DNA of 64,000 nucleotides. Origin: Octopus vulgaris (lineage: Eukaryota). Every line of letters starts with the position of its first letter. Position 1 is the stretch's first letter. Location: NCBI GenBank assembly GCA_951406725.2, contig OX597819.1, positions 77,810,001-77,874,000 on the forward strand, given 5' to 3'. This document shows positions 13,413 through 33,500 of the stretch, in pieces. The notes below the pieces were generated by a model. That model was given only the letters and a program-made list of their open reading frames with translations. It made no database searches and had not been told where the DNA came from. The position numbers and the translations under genes are program-made.

Positions 13413-13413
<1 letters not shown>
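13031..13413 (+). mobile_element. non-autonomous Helitron
   Basis: A|TC start; 3' hairpin cctgagcaacgccggg, then CTAG|T; the same 3' end occurs at 39464 and 52986. Confidence 0.8.
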
Positions 13414-13446
<33 letters not shown>

Positions 13447-13454
13447 TATATATA

Positions 13455-13500
<46 letters not shown>

Positions 13501-13611
13501 TATATATATATCATATATATATATATATCATATATATACACACACACATATACACACACATATATATATATAGGCGCATATTCACACATATCCATGTGAG
13601 GTTTAAGCGTA

Positions 13612-13674
<63 letters not shown>

Positions 13675-14286
13675 GTAGATATCTAAACATACTCATAATA
13701 CGAAATATATATTTGTTCATACGCGTATACGGACGTACAAAGACTTGGCTGTGCGTTTGTATGTGGTAAGTAAGTATTAAAAAGATAATGTTAACGCAGT
13801 ATGTAAAATAAGAAAATAACAGAACAGAAGTAAACTGAAAAATTCCCTAACTCATGAAATGCATCAACAGCTGCCGAGGAACTCTGCTAAGCATTGATCG
13901 CAGATAAAGATATTCAGTTTGTTTGTCTCCGCCAGCGTTCTATAATATTATTGTTGATGGGCAGGTATATTCATTGCTGTCTGTTTATAACCAGTCTACC
14001 TTGTGTCAGATGTTGCTAATTAAAAGATAAGACGCTGACAAATCATGCCTGTCACGATGTCATTGCTGGTTTGCCAAGGAAGAAGCCTGACAAAAACGCT
14101 ACTACTGTCACTCAAGCGCCATTCATGCGGGTTTTCCAGCCTAAAGACGTCAATCACGTAGTCCGGTTTTGAAGGAGTTTGTCATTTCGTTGGTTGTAGT
14201 CTTTGTGAAGCCAGCCTAAATGGCTCAAACTATTTCAAATACATGAAGTATGACAATAAAGTAGCTACACTCATATGTTCCTTTCG

Positions 14287-21260
<6,974 letters not shown>

Positions 21261-21371
21261 TTGCATTCCTGTTTACTGTTATATCGGTTATTCTTCTGTT
21301 TTTATTTCGTGTTGTTACCTCTGGAAGAATGAGTAGTCGTTATGAAGATGGCTACGACGACGACGACGATA

Positions 21372-21419
<48 letters not shown>

Positions 21420-21734
21420 GTAGTAGTACTTGTGACAATGGTAGGAATGGCGGATGACGGTGACTGTGATGATGTTGAATATAATGATGAGAATCATTTT
21501 TTCGCTCGTTACTGCTGTCGTTATCAATAGTTCTTAATGTTTTTTTAGCCTCGTTTTTTTTTCTTTCTGTCCGTTCTGGTATCGGTATTGGTGGTAGTTG
21601 TACGGTTATGGTTGTTATTTTAGTTTTTGTGGTGAATGTAGTAGTAGTAGTAGTGGTGATACCTGTTATAGTGATAGTGGCGGTTGCGGTCGAGGTGGTT
21701 GAAAGTTGTTTGTATCGTTATTGGTTAGCGGCAG

Positions 21735-22486
21735 CAATGCCGTCCTAAGGAACTGGCACACTGGGAAGATGGGCATGACTACAGATTTCTGCCCCACATC
21801 CGACTTCGGATGATCATAACTTTCAGAAAAATGGAAATTTTCTACGAATATGTGTTATATCATAGAGGAATGTGTTTTAGGAGGAGGTGGGGTGGGGAAT
21901 TTCGGAAAATTCACCGGAGTCCACTTCAACTCGTCTCTCAAGAAATCTACGGATGCACAAATGCACAAAACGGAGAAAATGAAACAAATATGGATGACTT
22001 GTTCCGAAAGACCCCCGAGTGGGGAACAGTTCACAGACATAACTCCAACTATTTTCGCCCCAAATTCCTATGTCCTCGGAAATCTACATAGTCCAAGGTA
22101 TATTTGTAGAGGATTTCATTAAAAAATATCCAGTTACTTGAAAGTTAAGATGAATTGAAATGGACACCGGTGAATTTTCTGAAATCCCCACCCCACCTCC
22201 TCCTAAAACACTTTCCTCAAAACATGTTATATATTTGGAATCTACATAATATAACACATATTCGTAGAAAATTTATTAAAAAATATCCATTTTTCTGAAA
22301 GTTATGATCATCCAAAGTCGTGGGTGGGGCAGAAATCTGTAGTTATGCCGGAAGTTGTCCAAGGACCCCACTTGTATATGGCTGTCTCACTGTCAATAAA
22401 TATTTACTACAGTGCATTTATTTTCCGGGAGTGGGGGTTGACTATAACGCTGGTAAGACGGCCCCGGGCGGTAGTGTTTATTATAA
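21735..22486. mobile_element. host MITE (gccgtcctaag / taagacggcc ends) interrupted by the foldback MITE
   Basis: Short imperfect terminal inverted repeats flank the nested element. Confidence 0.5.
21772..22349. mobile_element. foldback MITE with ~170-190 bp TIRs and an 8-bp TSD (GG..CC ends)
   Basis: ggcatgactacagatttctgcccca...cttcggatgatcataactttcagaaaaatgga mirrored at 22150-22349; TSD ggaagatg (21764-71) / ggaagttg (22350-57). Confidence 0.88.
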
Positions 22487-22539
22487 GGTCGATAAAGACT
22501 TTTGCGAGTATGGCTAAGAAGACTGGAGGTATTTGTGTA

Positions 22540-23240
22540 TGGTGACAATGATGGCGATGGTTATGTTGGTGTTACTAATGGTAGAGATAATGGCGGCAGA
22601 GACAATGGTAGAAATGGGTTATCTTAGCAGTGGTGTTTCGAATGGTGGTACTTTCTGCATTTGGTGAAGATGCTTGCGTCAGTAGTGATGTTCATGATGG
22701 TAGGTGTTCGTGTCGATGGGGACAACGTTTGAGTTTGTGGTTTTGGTGGTGGTAGTGGTGGTGGTGATGGTGGTGATTGTGGTGGTGGTGGTGGTGGTGT
22801 AGCGTTCTTGCTGATGGTAGTTCTGGTGGGTAAGTAGTACTAATGGTAGTGGTAATGGTGGTGGTGGTGGTGGTGTCAATGGTATATTGTATATGTTGAT
22901 GGCAATGGTGCCAATGGTGAGTGATGTGAAACAATGGCGGTGCCAGTGGTGGCGGTGTCGGTGACGGTGGCGATGGTGGTGCCAGTAGCGATGTCGATAG
23001 TGGTGCCGGTGGCTGCGCCGGTGATGGTACCGGTGGCGGTGCCTATGGTAGCAAGAGTATAGATGGTAGTTGCGGCGGAGCAGCAGTGGTAGTGGTAGTG
23101 GTCGTAGCGAAGGTGTTGGTGATTGTGGCGGCGCGGCGGCTGTGACGGTAGTGGTGGTGGAAGCAGTGGCGACGAGGGTGTCGTTGCAGTTGGTGGTGGT
23201 GGTGGTGGTGATGGTGGTGGTGGTGGTGGTGCTGGTGACA
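22540..23240. repeat. degenerate (GGT)n/(GAT)n trinucleotide low-complexity region
   Basis: Seen directly. Confidence 0.85.
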
Positions 23241-23645
23241 ACCGAGCTGTAAGCAGTTCTTGATGTGATATTTGACCATTCTCACGCTATTTACGAATAA
23301 TCAATTGATTCAGACAAGGATTGAATTTGCTCTTCGTTGCCAACAGAATAATAAATTCATGAACGGAGCAGATATCAGCAGCACGATCGACAGACACACA
23401 GACAAACCGGTAGACCAACCGACAGAGAGACAGACGGACAGACCGACTGACAGACCCTACTGACAGACAGGCAAAAGAAACGGCCAATAGGTTGTTTCAA
23501 AGGCGGGAAGTGAAACGAAGTAAAACGTAAGTACATGGATCTTCGTCGGTTTCGACGTTGAAGATTCAATTGATCGATCATTGAATGCAGTTCCTATTCC
23601 TTGAATTAATTCATAAGTGGCTGAGTACTCTACAGACACGTATAC

Positions 23646-23886
23646 CTATTTCTATTTCTTTACTACCCACGAGGGACTAAGCACAGAGGAGACAAACAAG
23701 GACACACAGACGGATCAAGTCGATTATATCGACCCCAGTGCGCAACAGGTACTTAATTTATCGACCCCGAAAGGATGAAAGGCAAAGTCGACCTCGGCGG
23801 AATTTGAACTCAGAACGTAGCGGCAGACGAAATACCGCTAAGCATTTCGCCCGGTGTGCTAGCGTTTCTGCCAGCTCGCCACCTTA
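23646..23886 (-). mobile_element. SINE family B, full length
   Basis: Reverse complement of the 5361-5595 family. Confidence 0.9.
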
Positions 23887-24223
23887 AGAGTATACAGACA
23901 CGTATACCCTTGACATAATTATCAGTTTAAATCAACGTGACGCAGTGTGGTAGAGGACTGGACTTTTGAATTACAAGCACAATTCATGCGACGGGCTTCC
24001 GTCCGTCTATCGTCCAATTTTTCTCGCAAGGTTTGGATCAATGCGAGTCTTTAATAAAAGACAACTTGTCAAAGATATCATGCAGTGGACTTGAAAGCTC
24101 TTGATTGTCACAGGAGAAGGCACTACTTGAAACCTTTGGTGATTTGTTATTGCCTGCTTTCAAGTAAAGAATAACCGGTGATTAAGAACTATCCGAGAGT
24201 CTTCCAGAAAATCAACAACCATG

Positions 24224-24263
<40 letters not shown>

Positions 24264-24295
24264 TAATAATAATAATAATGATTATAATAATAACA

Positions 24296-24640
24296 ACAAC
24301 GTGTCTCTAAAAGAAATGGAGAAACTCTCAAAATACAATGACCTGGAAATAGAGGTAACTAGAATGTGGAATCTGAAAACAGAAACAATTCCTATCATAG
24401 TAGGTGCATAAGGCATGATAAAAAAATATTCAGACAAATACATAACAAAAACACCAGGACTTACAAACACATATAACATACAGAAAATTGCACTACTAGG
24501 CACTGCACACATCCTACGCAGAACACTTTCCATACAATAACCCTCAGAGCATCACAACAAATCACAGCACATACCCAAGGCACACAGAGCTGCGCTCGGT
24601 AGTGAAGTGAAAGCACGCTATAAAAATAAAACTACTGAAT
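24296..24640 (+). mobile_element. 3' fragment of an R4/Dong-type RLE LINE within (AAT)n
   Basis: NVSLKEMEKLSKYNDLEIEVTRMWNLKTETIPIIVGA plus 3'UTR, near-identical to 33501-33840 (minus); (AAT)n on both sides. Confidence 0.9.
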
Positions 24641-24686
24641 AATAATAATAATAATAATAATGATGATGATGATAATAATGATAATA

Positions 24687-25243
24687 AATGCCCTGATGCA
24701 GTACTAGGCAGTGGCTCTCGTGGCTTCTGATCTTAACTGATTGGAAGTTTTATCACGTACATTGTTTTGTCTTGATATAAAAGATGGGCGACAGCAAATA
24801 TTCTGCTCAATACCACAGATTTGCTTGTCAGTTGTTTGACCTTAACCAGTAGAACATGTTCCTTAGTGGCTGATGATATGTGCATCTCTGATCATGAGCA
24901 AAAGTAGTGGGGGAGCATCATAGCCGTGTGTTGAAAGGAATTCTTGGAGGTTTGGATAATTCACCTTTGGAAACATGGGTGGTTCGTTCAACATCCTTAA
25001 ACAATCCTTATTCAGGGACTTCTCGAGCGGGATGGGCTACTCGACCAGAAGAAAATTCTAACTGGGCCCCACCTGCAAGGTCATGCGCTGTTTATCTTGA
25101 TATGAGATCACCATGTCGCGCACATATGGTTGTGATGCATGTGCCTGGTGTACCCTTATCAGACGAGTAGTCATGATGGGTATACTGGGCTTCGTATATT
25201 TTACCCCAGTGTCACTTTGATGGCATGCACTGCTCTCTCACTC

Positions 25244-25299
<56 letters not shown>

Positions 25300-25880
25300 T
25301 GATGATGATAATAATGATAATAAATGCCCTGATGCAGTACTAGGCAGTGGCTCTCGTGGCTTCTGATCTTAACTGATTGGAAGTTTTATCACGTACATTG
25401 TTTTGTCTTGATATAAAAGATGGGCGACAGCAAATATTCTGCTCAATACCACAGATTTGCTTGTCAGTTGTTTGACCTTAACCAGTAGAACATGTTCCTT
25501 AGTGGCTGATGATATGTGCATCTCTGATCATGAGCAAAAGTAGTGGGGGAGCATCATAGCCGTGTGTTGAAAGGAATTCTTGGAGGTTTGGATAATTCAC
25601 CTTTGGAAACATGGGTGGTTCGTTCAACATCCTTAAACAATCCTTATTCAGGGACTTCTCGAGCGGGATGGGCTACTCGACCAGAAGAAAATTCTAACTG
25701 GGCCCCACCTGCAAGGTCATGCGCTGTTTATCTTGATATGAGATCACCATGTCGCGCACATATGGTTGTGATGCATGTGCCTGGTGTACCCTTATCAGAC
25801 GAGTAGTCATGATGGGTATACTGGGCTTCGTATATTTTACCCCAGTGTCACTTTGATGGCATGCACTGCTCTCTCACTCA
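24687..25880 (+). repeat. tandem duplication, 636-bp period, of an (AAT)n-flanked repeat element
   Basis: 24687-25243 is repeated at 25323-25879 (identical 87-aa ORFs at 24907 and 25543), with (AAT)n/(GAT)n between and after. Confidence 0.92.
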
Positions 25881-25904
25881 ATAATAATAATAATAATAAT
25901 AATG

Positions 25905-25960
<56 letters not shown>

Positions 25961-26984
25961 TACCCTCTCTACTATAAGCACAAGGCTTTAAATTGGGGTG
26001 GGGATAGTCAATTTTATCGACTTCAGTACTCGACTGGTCCTTTTTTCATCGACCCCGAAAGGATGAAAGTCGACCTCGGCAAAACTTGAACTCGAAACGT
26101 AGCGACGTGCGAAATGCCGCTAAACAATAAAGGTCCGAATAAAGGTCCGAATAACTCCACTCTGATAGTGAACGAGGTTTTTGTTTTTTTCTTATTACAC
26201 ACCACGCATTGAGCCCGATTTGAACTCGCATTTATTCAGGTATTTGAGTCGATTACCATATTTTCCGGCATACAAATCGAAGATGCCAGACATAATTTAG
26301 AACCGCTCTCCCTCCCCGCCAAAATAGGTAGGTCGACTTATACACCAAGATCACATTAGAGGACAAAGCAGTCAACGTGAAATAAGGCAGGGTTTGGTAA
26401 GATAGTGACGATGTGTGAATGTTTATACAACACGTTTACACAATACATTACGTCGATTGTATGACGGAAAATAAAATAAATATTCTAGTGCCCTAGATTT
26501 CAATGTAAATGGACAAGCAGGTACTTGACTACTCACATAGCCAGCAGTGATGGGAATGGACAAGTTCGAACGACAGGCACCTCGCAGCTCCATGCATATA
26601 TAAGTATTATCAATAATTTATTTTAATGCGTTTTTCACTAATTAAGTGGCTAATGGTGAATTAGTTTTAATAATTAAGAACCTTCTCAACAGATCGAAAT
26701 ACTGGTTACGCCCACGAATTTTGCACATATTAATATGTATCTTGGTTATTGATTCAATATCAATGAAAATATAGAACACATGCATTCACGCACACACACA
26801 ACACACACAGATACAGACACACACTCACACACACATTAGTTAGTGCATGCTAATTAATAAAAACACAAGAGGAGGGAACGCAGTAAAAATGAGATATAAT
26901 ATATATCAACTGCATTCACGCCAGCATCTAGTTACAGTTTTCACTAGTACTTATAATACATAAGTACGTTCATACATATACGTA

Positions 26985-27248
<264 letters not shown>

Positions 27249-27554
27249 GTTTTAGCTGATGCAAGAAGCATTAAACAAAAAAAAAAGTAGCGAGAAATAC
27301 GTGTGCAGTAATGAGTTACGAAACGGTGTCTAATTTCTGCAAGCACAGGAGACAATTCCAGACATGCTTTGATCTTATGACTTCATCAGCAAAGCCTACC
27401 CTTCGCTAATTTGTTTAAGTAGCGATGAGATAATCACTACAGAAATTTAATGTGGGCCTAATTCCTTCTACTATAGGCACAATGTCTGAAATTACTTCAA
27501 CTCCAGTGCTGAACTACTGCTTATTCTATCGACTCGAAAGGATAACAATAATAA

Positions 27555-27660
27555 TGAAGAAAAAGAAGAAAAGAAGAAGAAGAAGAAGAAGAAGAAGAAG
27601 AAGAAGAAGAAGAAGAAGAAGAAGAAGAAGAAGAAGAAGAAGAAGAAGAAGAAGAAGAAG
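27555..27660. repeat. (GAA)n microsatellite
   Basis: Seen directly. Confidence 0.95.
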
Positions 27661-27959
27661 GTTTCAAATTTTGGCACTAGGCCAGTAATTTTGTGGGGAG
27701 GGGGGTTAAACGATTACATCGACCACAATGTTCAGCTGGTACTTATTTTATCGACCCCGAAAGGATGAAAGGCAAAGTTGATCTCGGTGAAATTTGAACT
27801 CAGAACATAAAGACGGAAGAAATGTCGCTAAGCATTCTGCTACATGTCGGTTCGAAGCCAAAAACATGGTCGCGACGTAAGCATTTTAATCACAAGTCTG
27901 TAGCTGATCTTAGGTGAAGGATATTTTCATGCTGTTCTAAAAAAAATAAATAAATAAAT

Positions 27960-28210
27960 ATTTGGGCCCTTTTAAAGCCTTGCCTGGCTCATGGGCCCGG
28001 TTTCCCGGTTTCTATGGCGCATGTGTCCCCCAGCTGGACGGGACGCCAGTCCACCGCAGCGTTACTCATTTTTGCCAGCTGAGTGAACTGGAGCAACGTG
28101 AAATGAAGTGTTTTGCTCAAGAGCACAACGCGTCGCCCGGTCCAGGAATCGAAACCACAATCTTACGAGCATGATGCTGACACCCTAACCACTAAGCCAC
28201 GCACCTCCAC
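27960..28210 (-). mobile_element. tRNA-derived CORE-like SINE family C
   Basis: Reverse strand reads gtggaggtgcgtggcttagtggttaggg...gtttcgattcc...ttgtgctcttgagcaaaacacttcatttcac; a related copy lies at 38780-39030 (+). Confidence 0.8.
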
Positions 28211-28344
28211 GCTGTACTTAAAGCAAGTACTTAAATGAAGTGAACTTTCCTCACTTGGCTGTCGCAGACACAACTCGCCTGCCTGTAACTCTTTCTGCTA
28301 ACATGCACGTCATTGCATGGCGGATAATTATTTTGCCTCACTCC

Positions 28345-28784
28345 GGATCTTTTCTGTTTGAACGGCAGTTTTTTCTAGCGGTGTCACACGAAATTGTCAC
28401 CCATAATTATGACCCTAGTATCGATCTATTGCATTTCTATCTGTTTTAGGGTTAGGGTTAGTTAGGGTTAGGGTTAGGGTTAGGGGTGGGGGAAGGGTAT
28501 CTTTTTTTCTTCACAAATGTAAATAAACCCAATCTGTTTCTTAAACGAGGGACATATTCATACGGCACAGAATGTTTTTTTTACCTCAATGGGCGTAATT
28601 GATTGGTTGAAATTGCAGAAACTGAAGAAAAAAAACAACAAATATCTTACAAACCATAGAATTTTCCCAATAAAGCCAAGAGAAAAAGATGTTTTATAAA
28701 CACATTCTACCAGTATACGGAGTTTAAAATTTTTTAGTTACCTAGAAATTATGTTAAAAACTGCCGTTTAAACCGAAAAGACCC
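28345..28784. mobile_element. second copy of the TTAGGG-containing Merlin-like MITE
   Basis: Same TIRs and body as 7975-8382; TSD ctcactcc at 28337-28344 and 28785-28792. Confidence 0.9.
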
Positions 28785-29744
28785 CTCACTCCTCCTACGT
28801 AATTAGCTCTTATAAATATTTATACATTTGTTGACTGCTCCCCACCCCTCACCGAAATAGAGAGCGACCTCTCGTTAAAGCAATAAAAAAAGCCTATTGT
28901 ACACAACTTGCCGTAATGCGTGTAATATTCACTAAACACCATACATAGTTTTAAGGTTTGCTCCAACATTAAAGCTAGATACGATGTTTTAATGTTTACA
29001 ATAATATTAAAGCTAAAGTTATGATTACATTTTAATGTTTTCATTAGAATGAAAGCATTTGATGATATTTTAAGGGCTATAATAAAATTTAACCAAATAG
29101 TCATGCATGTTTTAATATTATAATTAATTTAAAGCCTTGATTTGTTTCCAAAATAAATAAATAAACATATACATATGGCGTCTTATTGTTTACAATGAAA
29201 TGGAAGCTAATTACGATATTTAAGCGTTAAAAATCTATTTATCTATTACTATACGAATAAAGTAAACACGCACGTGTACATGTGTATGTTTGTGTTTGCA
29301 TGTATTTACGTATGTGTGTGTATTTATATTCCCTGTAAATTAGCGGTTCGACAAATAAACTTCGATAAAATAGGTACTGGAATCGATATGATCGACTAAA
29401 ACTGTCGAAAACAAAGCTCCAGCATGGCTGCAGTTCACTGACTAGAACTAGTAAAAGAATTATTAAATAATCATGGTTTTTGCTACTCCAGTCTGGGTAT
29501 CCAATATTTCCTTTACAAACCATAAAAGAACTATTAAGGACACAAAACAAAACTTTTCAAATTATCACTGCGTACACACAACACTTACAGATAATCAAAA
29601 CATTGAACGTAACCATTCAAAATGAAAGACTAAAAATGTGTGTGTGTGTGTGTGTGTTTAATTCATCCACTTCTTCGCCTTGAGGACTTTTGGTAATGCA
29701 GTGACAGTTAAACCCTAAACTGTTACAGTATTAGGTCCTTACTA

Positions 29745-29960
29745 ACGCAGCGAGCTGGCACAATCAGTTAGCACGCCGGGCGAAATACTTAACAGTATTT
29801 CGTCTGTTTTTACGTTCTGAGTTCAAATTCCGCCGAGGTCGACTTTGCTTTTCATCCTTTCGGGGTCGGTAAATTAAGTACCGGTTGCGCACTGACGTCG
29901 ATCTAATCGACTGCTCTACCTCCCCCAAAATTTCGGGCCTTTTACCTAGGGTAGAAAAGA
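29745..29960 (+). mobile_element. SINE family B (alternative tail)
   Basis: gcgagctggcac head, B-box, core. Confidence 0.8.
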
Positions 29961-30069
29961 GTATTGTGTCCTTACTGTTGATGGAGAGGGACATTTGGTT
30001 TTATGCAGTTACATCCAGTTTGGAGGCTGGCATTGCTTTCAATCTCAAAGTTAGGTGCTACAATCTCTA

Positions 30070-30430
30070 GCATATTACAATATATTCATCAGTGCATGTC
30101 TTCCGCGATTTCGCTCTTGTAAGTAGCGCTTCAGTTCTTTTAGTCTCTCCCTGCAGCTCATCCATGTAGTAGGACAATCTTCTTGAGATAGTAGCGTTAG
30201 ATTAACTCGATCTCGGCTATTATTTTGATGCTTTGTTGGGGTCATAATTGTGAGCAGCAATCCAAGCTATTGAGAACCAATATAGGACCAATATCTTTTC
30301 TCATTTTATTTCTTGTTCTGATATATCGCAGAATCCAACTAAATAGACACCAGCACATTGTTGCCGTTTTAGTAATATGAACATGGAATGATGCATCTTT
30401 ATCCAAGTTTATTGGCCGATCAAACACTGA
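30070..30430 (-). mobile_element. decayed CR1/L2-group LINE RT C-terminal fragment
   Basis: DASFHVHITKTA..C..WILRYIRTRNK, LDCCSQL and ERLKELKRY resemble the CR1-group RT thumb region. Confidence 0.55.
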
Positions 30431-30472
30431 TTGTGCTTAGGGGTTGTAAGATGTGTGTGTGTGTGGGGGGGT

Positions 30473-30794
30473 AAAGGCGCGTGGCTTAGTGGTTAGGGTA
30501 TTCGGCTCACGATCGAAAAGTCGTGAGTTCAATTCCTGGCGACACGTTGGGTCCTTGAGGGACACACTTTATTTCACCTTGCTCTAGTCCACTCACGTGC
30601 AAAAAATGAGTAGTACCTGTATTTCAAAGGGCCAGCCGTGTCATATTCTGCGTCACACTGAACCTCCCTGAGAACTTCGTTAACGGTACACGTGTCTGCA
30701 GAGTGCTCTACTACATGCACGTTAATTTCACGAGAAGGCTGTTCCCTTGATCGGATCAACGGAACCCACGTCGTCGTAACCGACGGAGTGTCAG
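30473..30794 (+). mobile_element. tRNA-derived CORE-like SINE family D
   Basis: ggcgcgtggcttagtggttaggg...gagttcaattcc head; tail gtcgtcgtaaccgacggagtg shared with 45695-46045 (-) and 23510-23645 (-). Confidence 0.8.
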
Positions 30795-30852
30795 TTATAT
30801 ATATATATTTTTTTTTTCATACATACATATATATATATATATACACACACAC

Positions 30853-30938
<86 letters not shown>

Positions 30939-31104
30939 ATGTATGTATGTATGTATATTATATATATTTATATATATATATATATATATATACGCACATA
31001 CGTTCACACGCACAATTCCAAAATGAGGCCAATACCTAGGCATGTGACCATGCGTGCACACACAAACACATTCTCACATATTTATGTTTGTGGGTTTATA
31101 TATA

Positions 31105-32210
31105 CGAGGTAGTATCAAAAAGTTCTCGGACTAGTTATGTTTAATAAAAAAAAAGTTTTAACATCACATCCTTCGAAATAGTCACCTTGAGAAGTAAATA
31201 CACCGGTCACAGCGTTCCGGCCTCTTTTGGAATTCGGCCTGGAAGTCGTTTTCTGTAAGTCAGTTGAGGGCTTTCTGCAATTCGCTCTTGATTTCGATAA
31301 CGGTTAAAACGGCGACCTTTGAGCTTCATTTTCTTCTTGAAGAAGAGATGGAAGTCCGCAGGTGGTAAATATGGCGAATAGGACAGGTGCAGAAGCGACA
31401 CCATGTTGTTTTTGGCGAGAAACTTACGAGCGAGGCGGGCTCTGTGACAGGGTACATCGTCGTAAAGAATCCAGTTCTTCGTGCTCCACAGATCCGGTCG
31501 CTTTTGCCAAATGTCCTCCTTCAAACACTTCAAAACGTCGCTGTAGAACTCTCGATCGACGGTCAGGCCCTGAGGGACGGATTCTCGATGCACAATACGA
31601 CGGATATCGAAAAAACGATGAGCATGCATGCTCTTATTTCTTTATTGCTCACATGGGGCTAAACATAGAAGGGACAAACAAGGACAGACAGACGGATTAA
31701 GTCGATTAGATCGACCGCAATGCGTAACTGGTACTTAATTTATCGACCCCGAAAGGATGAAAGGCAAAGTCGACCTCGGCGGAATTTGAACTCAGAACGT
31801 AACGGCAGACGAAATACGGCTACGCATTTCGCCCGGCGTGCTAACGTTTCTGCCAGCTCGCCGATTGAACTGCGGCTTGTTTGAGCTGCGGCTCGTTTGA
31901 AGTGCCCGTATCACTCGAATCATTGCGTATGACTCATTGCCACGTCGCTGTAAACTTGCAAACGTATGCTCAATGTCTCTGTTGTAGACTTCTCAGGTTT
32001 AACGCAAGAGTTCACGTTAGCTTTTTTTTTTCCAATTTCCTGTTCATGATAAAATCGCCAACTAGTGCATACATGCAAAGTAAACATAGCGATGTTACTC
32101 GGCATACTGCCTCATGGAGGTCACCGCTAGATCTCACTGTACTGCAACCGTGTGCTGCCAACAGTTGGCGCGCTACAGAACTAGTCCAGGAATGTTTTGA
32201 CACCATCTCG
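31105..32210 (-). mobile_element. internally deleted mariner with both TIRs and a TA TSD, carrying a SINE B insertion at 31634-31865
   Basis: TA-cgaggtagtatcaaaaagttctcggactagtt / aactagtccaggaatgttttgacaccatctcg-TA; ORF FFDIRRIVHRESVPQGLTV...YSPYLPPADFHLF. Confidence 0.9.
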
Positions 32211-33415
32211 TATATGTGTGTGTCTATGTATGTATGTATGTGTGCATGCATGTATGTATGTATGTATGTATGTATGTATGTATGTATGTATGTATGTATG
32301 TATGTATAGTAAATGGATGTGTGTATGGATGTATGCTTCGACAATTGAATGAATGAATGGATGGATGAATGTATGTATGTATGGATGGATGGATGCACAG
32401 GTGGAAGAATGGAAGGATGTATGTTTGTGCCTGTGTGTAGGTGTGTGTGTGTGTGTGTAAATATGTATGTATGTATATCTATGTCGTATATCACGAAAAT
32501 ATTTAAGCGTTTATTAATAAATATATTAACATATGATAGTAAATCACCTCATAAATATTTGCGTATCAAAATTCATGAGGATAAAAGAAAGACAAATGAT
32601 GATTTTAATCTAGCATGTGCATTCTACAGCCACTTCTGGCAGCCTGCCAGTCGCAAATGCCTTCTCTTGCCATATATATTATAAGCAGGTGCTTTTTTTT
32701 TCATTAAAGACATCGAATTTATTATCACTAAGATTGCATTTTTTAAGTATTTTGAAATATTATTTTAATTGTGTTATATATTATGATAGATTTAATTTCT
32801 GTCAAAATAATACATTTTGTAGAATAGATAATTGTTGATGAATTCTGTCGGGAAGCAGGAAGCTCGTATCGGTTAACATACAGTTTAGAGTCGTAACAAA
32901 GTCAAAATACAACTGTGATACAAACCCTAAGTGACGACAGCGGTATCTCATAATTTCATAAACAAAGTCACGTAGTTGGACATATAGTATCTTTTACCAA
33001 TAGTATGAATTCTTCTGAAATCGCAGTTGAGTTATACCATAGCAACATAGTTTACTCAGCAATGAATATCACACGCTAATCTCAGTCAAAAGGCTGGGAA
33101 GTGATACCCAACAATGAATACTAGTGAAAAACGAGTGGGTTTACTATGTTAGTTTAGGCAACTTAAATAGTCGTAAAGTTGTGAACCGTTCTTTAATGTC
33201 TGTTGATCATGGTGAGAACGTCCATACACTGACTAACCAAATGGGATGCATACTCGCCATGCTTTTAATTACATCGTATTTAAATCAACCTATGTCGCAA
33301 GATAGGTTCAGTGACAGTGGAAAAGCTATATGTATTCTATGTATCGTTTGCAACATTATATACAGGGTAGACCAATAGTTACGCACCAAGACATTTGACA
33401 TTCTATTTGTATCAC

Positions 33416-33486
<71 letters not shown>

Positions 33487-33500
33487 CATTATTATTATTA

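Noticed and set aside
22876-23241. Pro/Thr/His-rich mucin-like ORF
   Set aside because: Degenerate (GGT)n repeat open in several frames, with no splice or homology support
24860-24900. ctgatga as a hammerhead core or snoRNA box (also 58652)
   Set aside because: No matching stem II/GAAA/stem I arrangement or terminal stem found
24907-25170. Duplicated 87-aa ORF as a small gene pair
   Set aside because: GTG start, no recognisable motif, and identity explained by the tandem duplication
26124-26154. Short direct repeats (aataaaggtccg x2) and other repeats as a CRISPR array
   Set aside because: No spacers, no cas genes, eukaryotic context
27452-27688. Poly-Arg protamine-like ORF
   Set aside because: A (GAA)n microsatellite between SINE remnants
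28444-28500. True telomere or chromosome-fusion scar
   Set aside because: The TTAGGG units lie inside a TIR/TSD-bounded MITE
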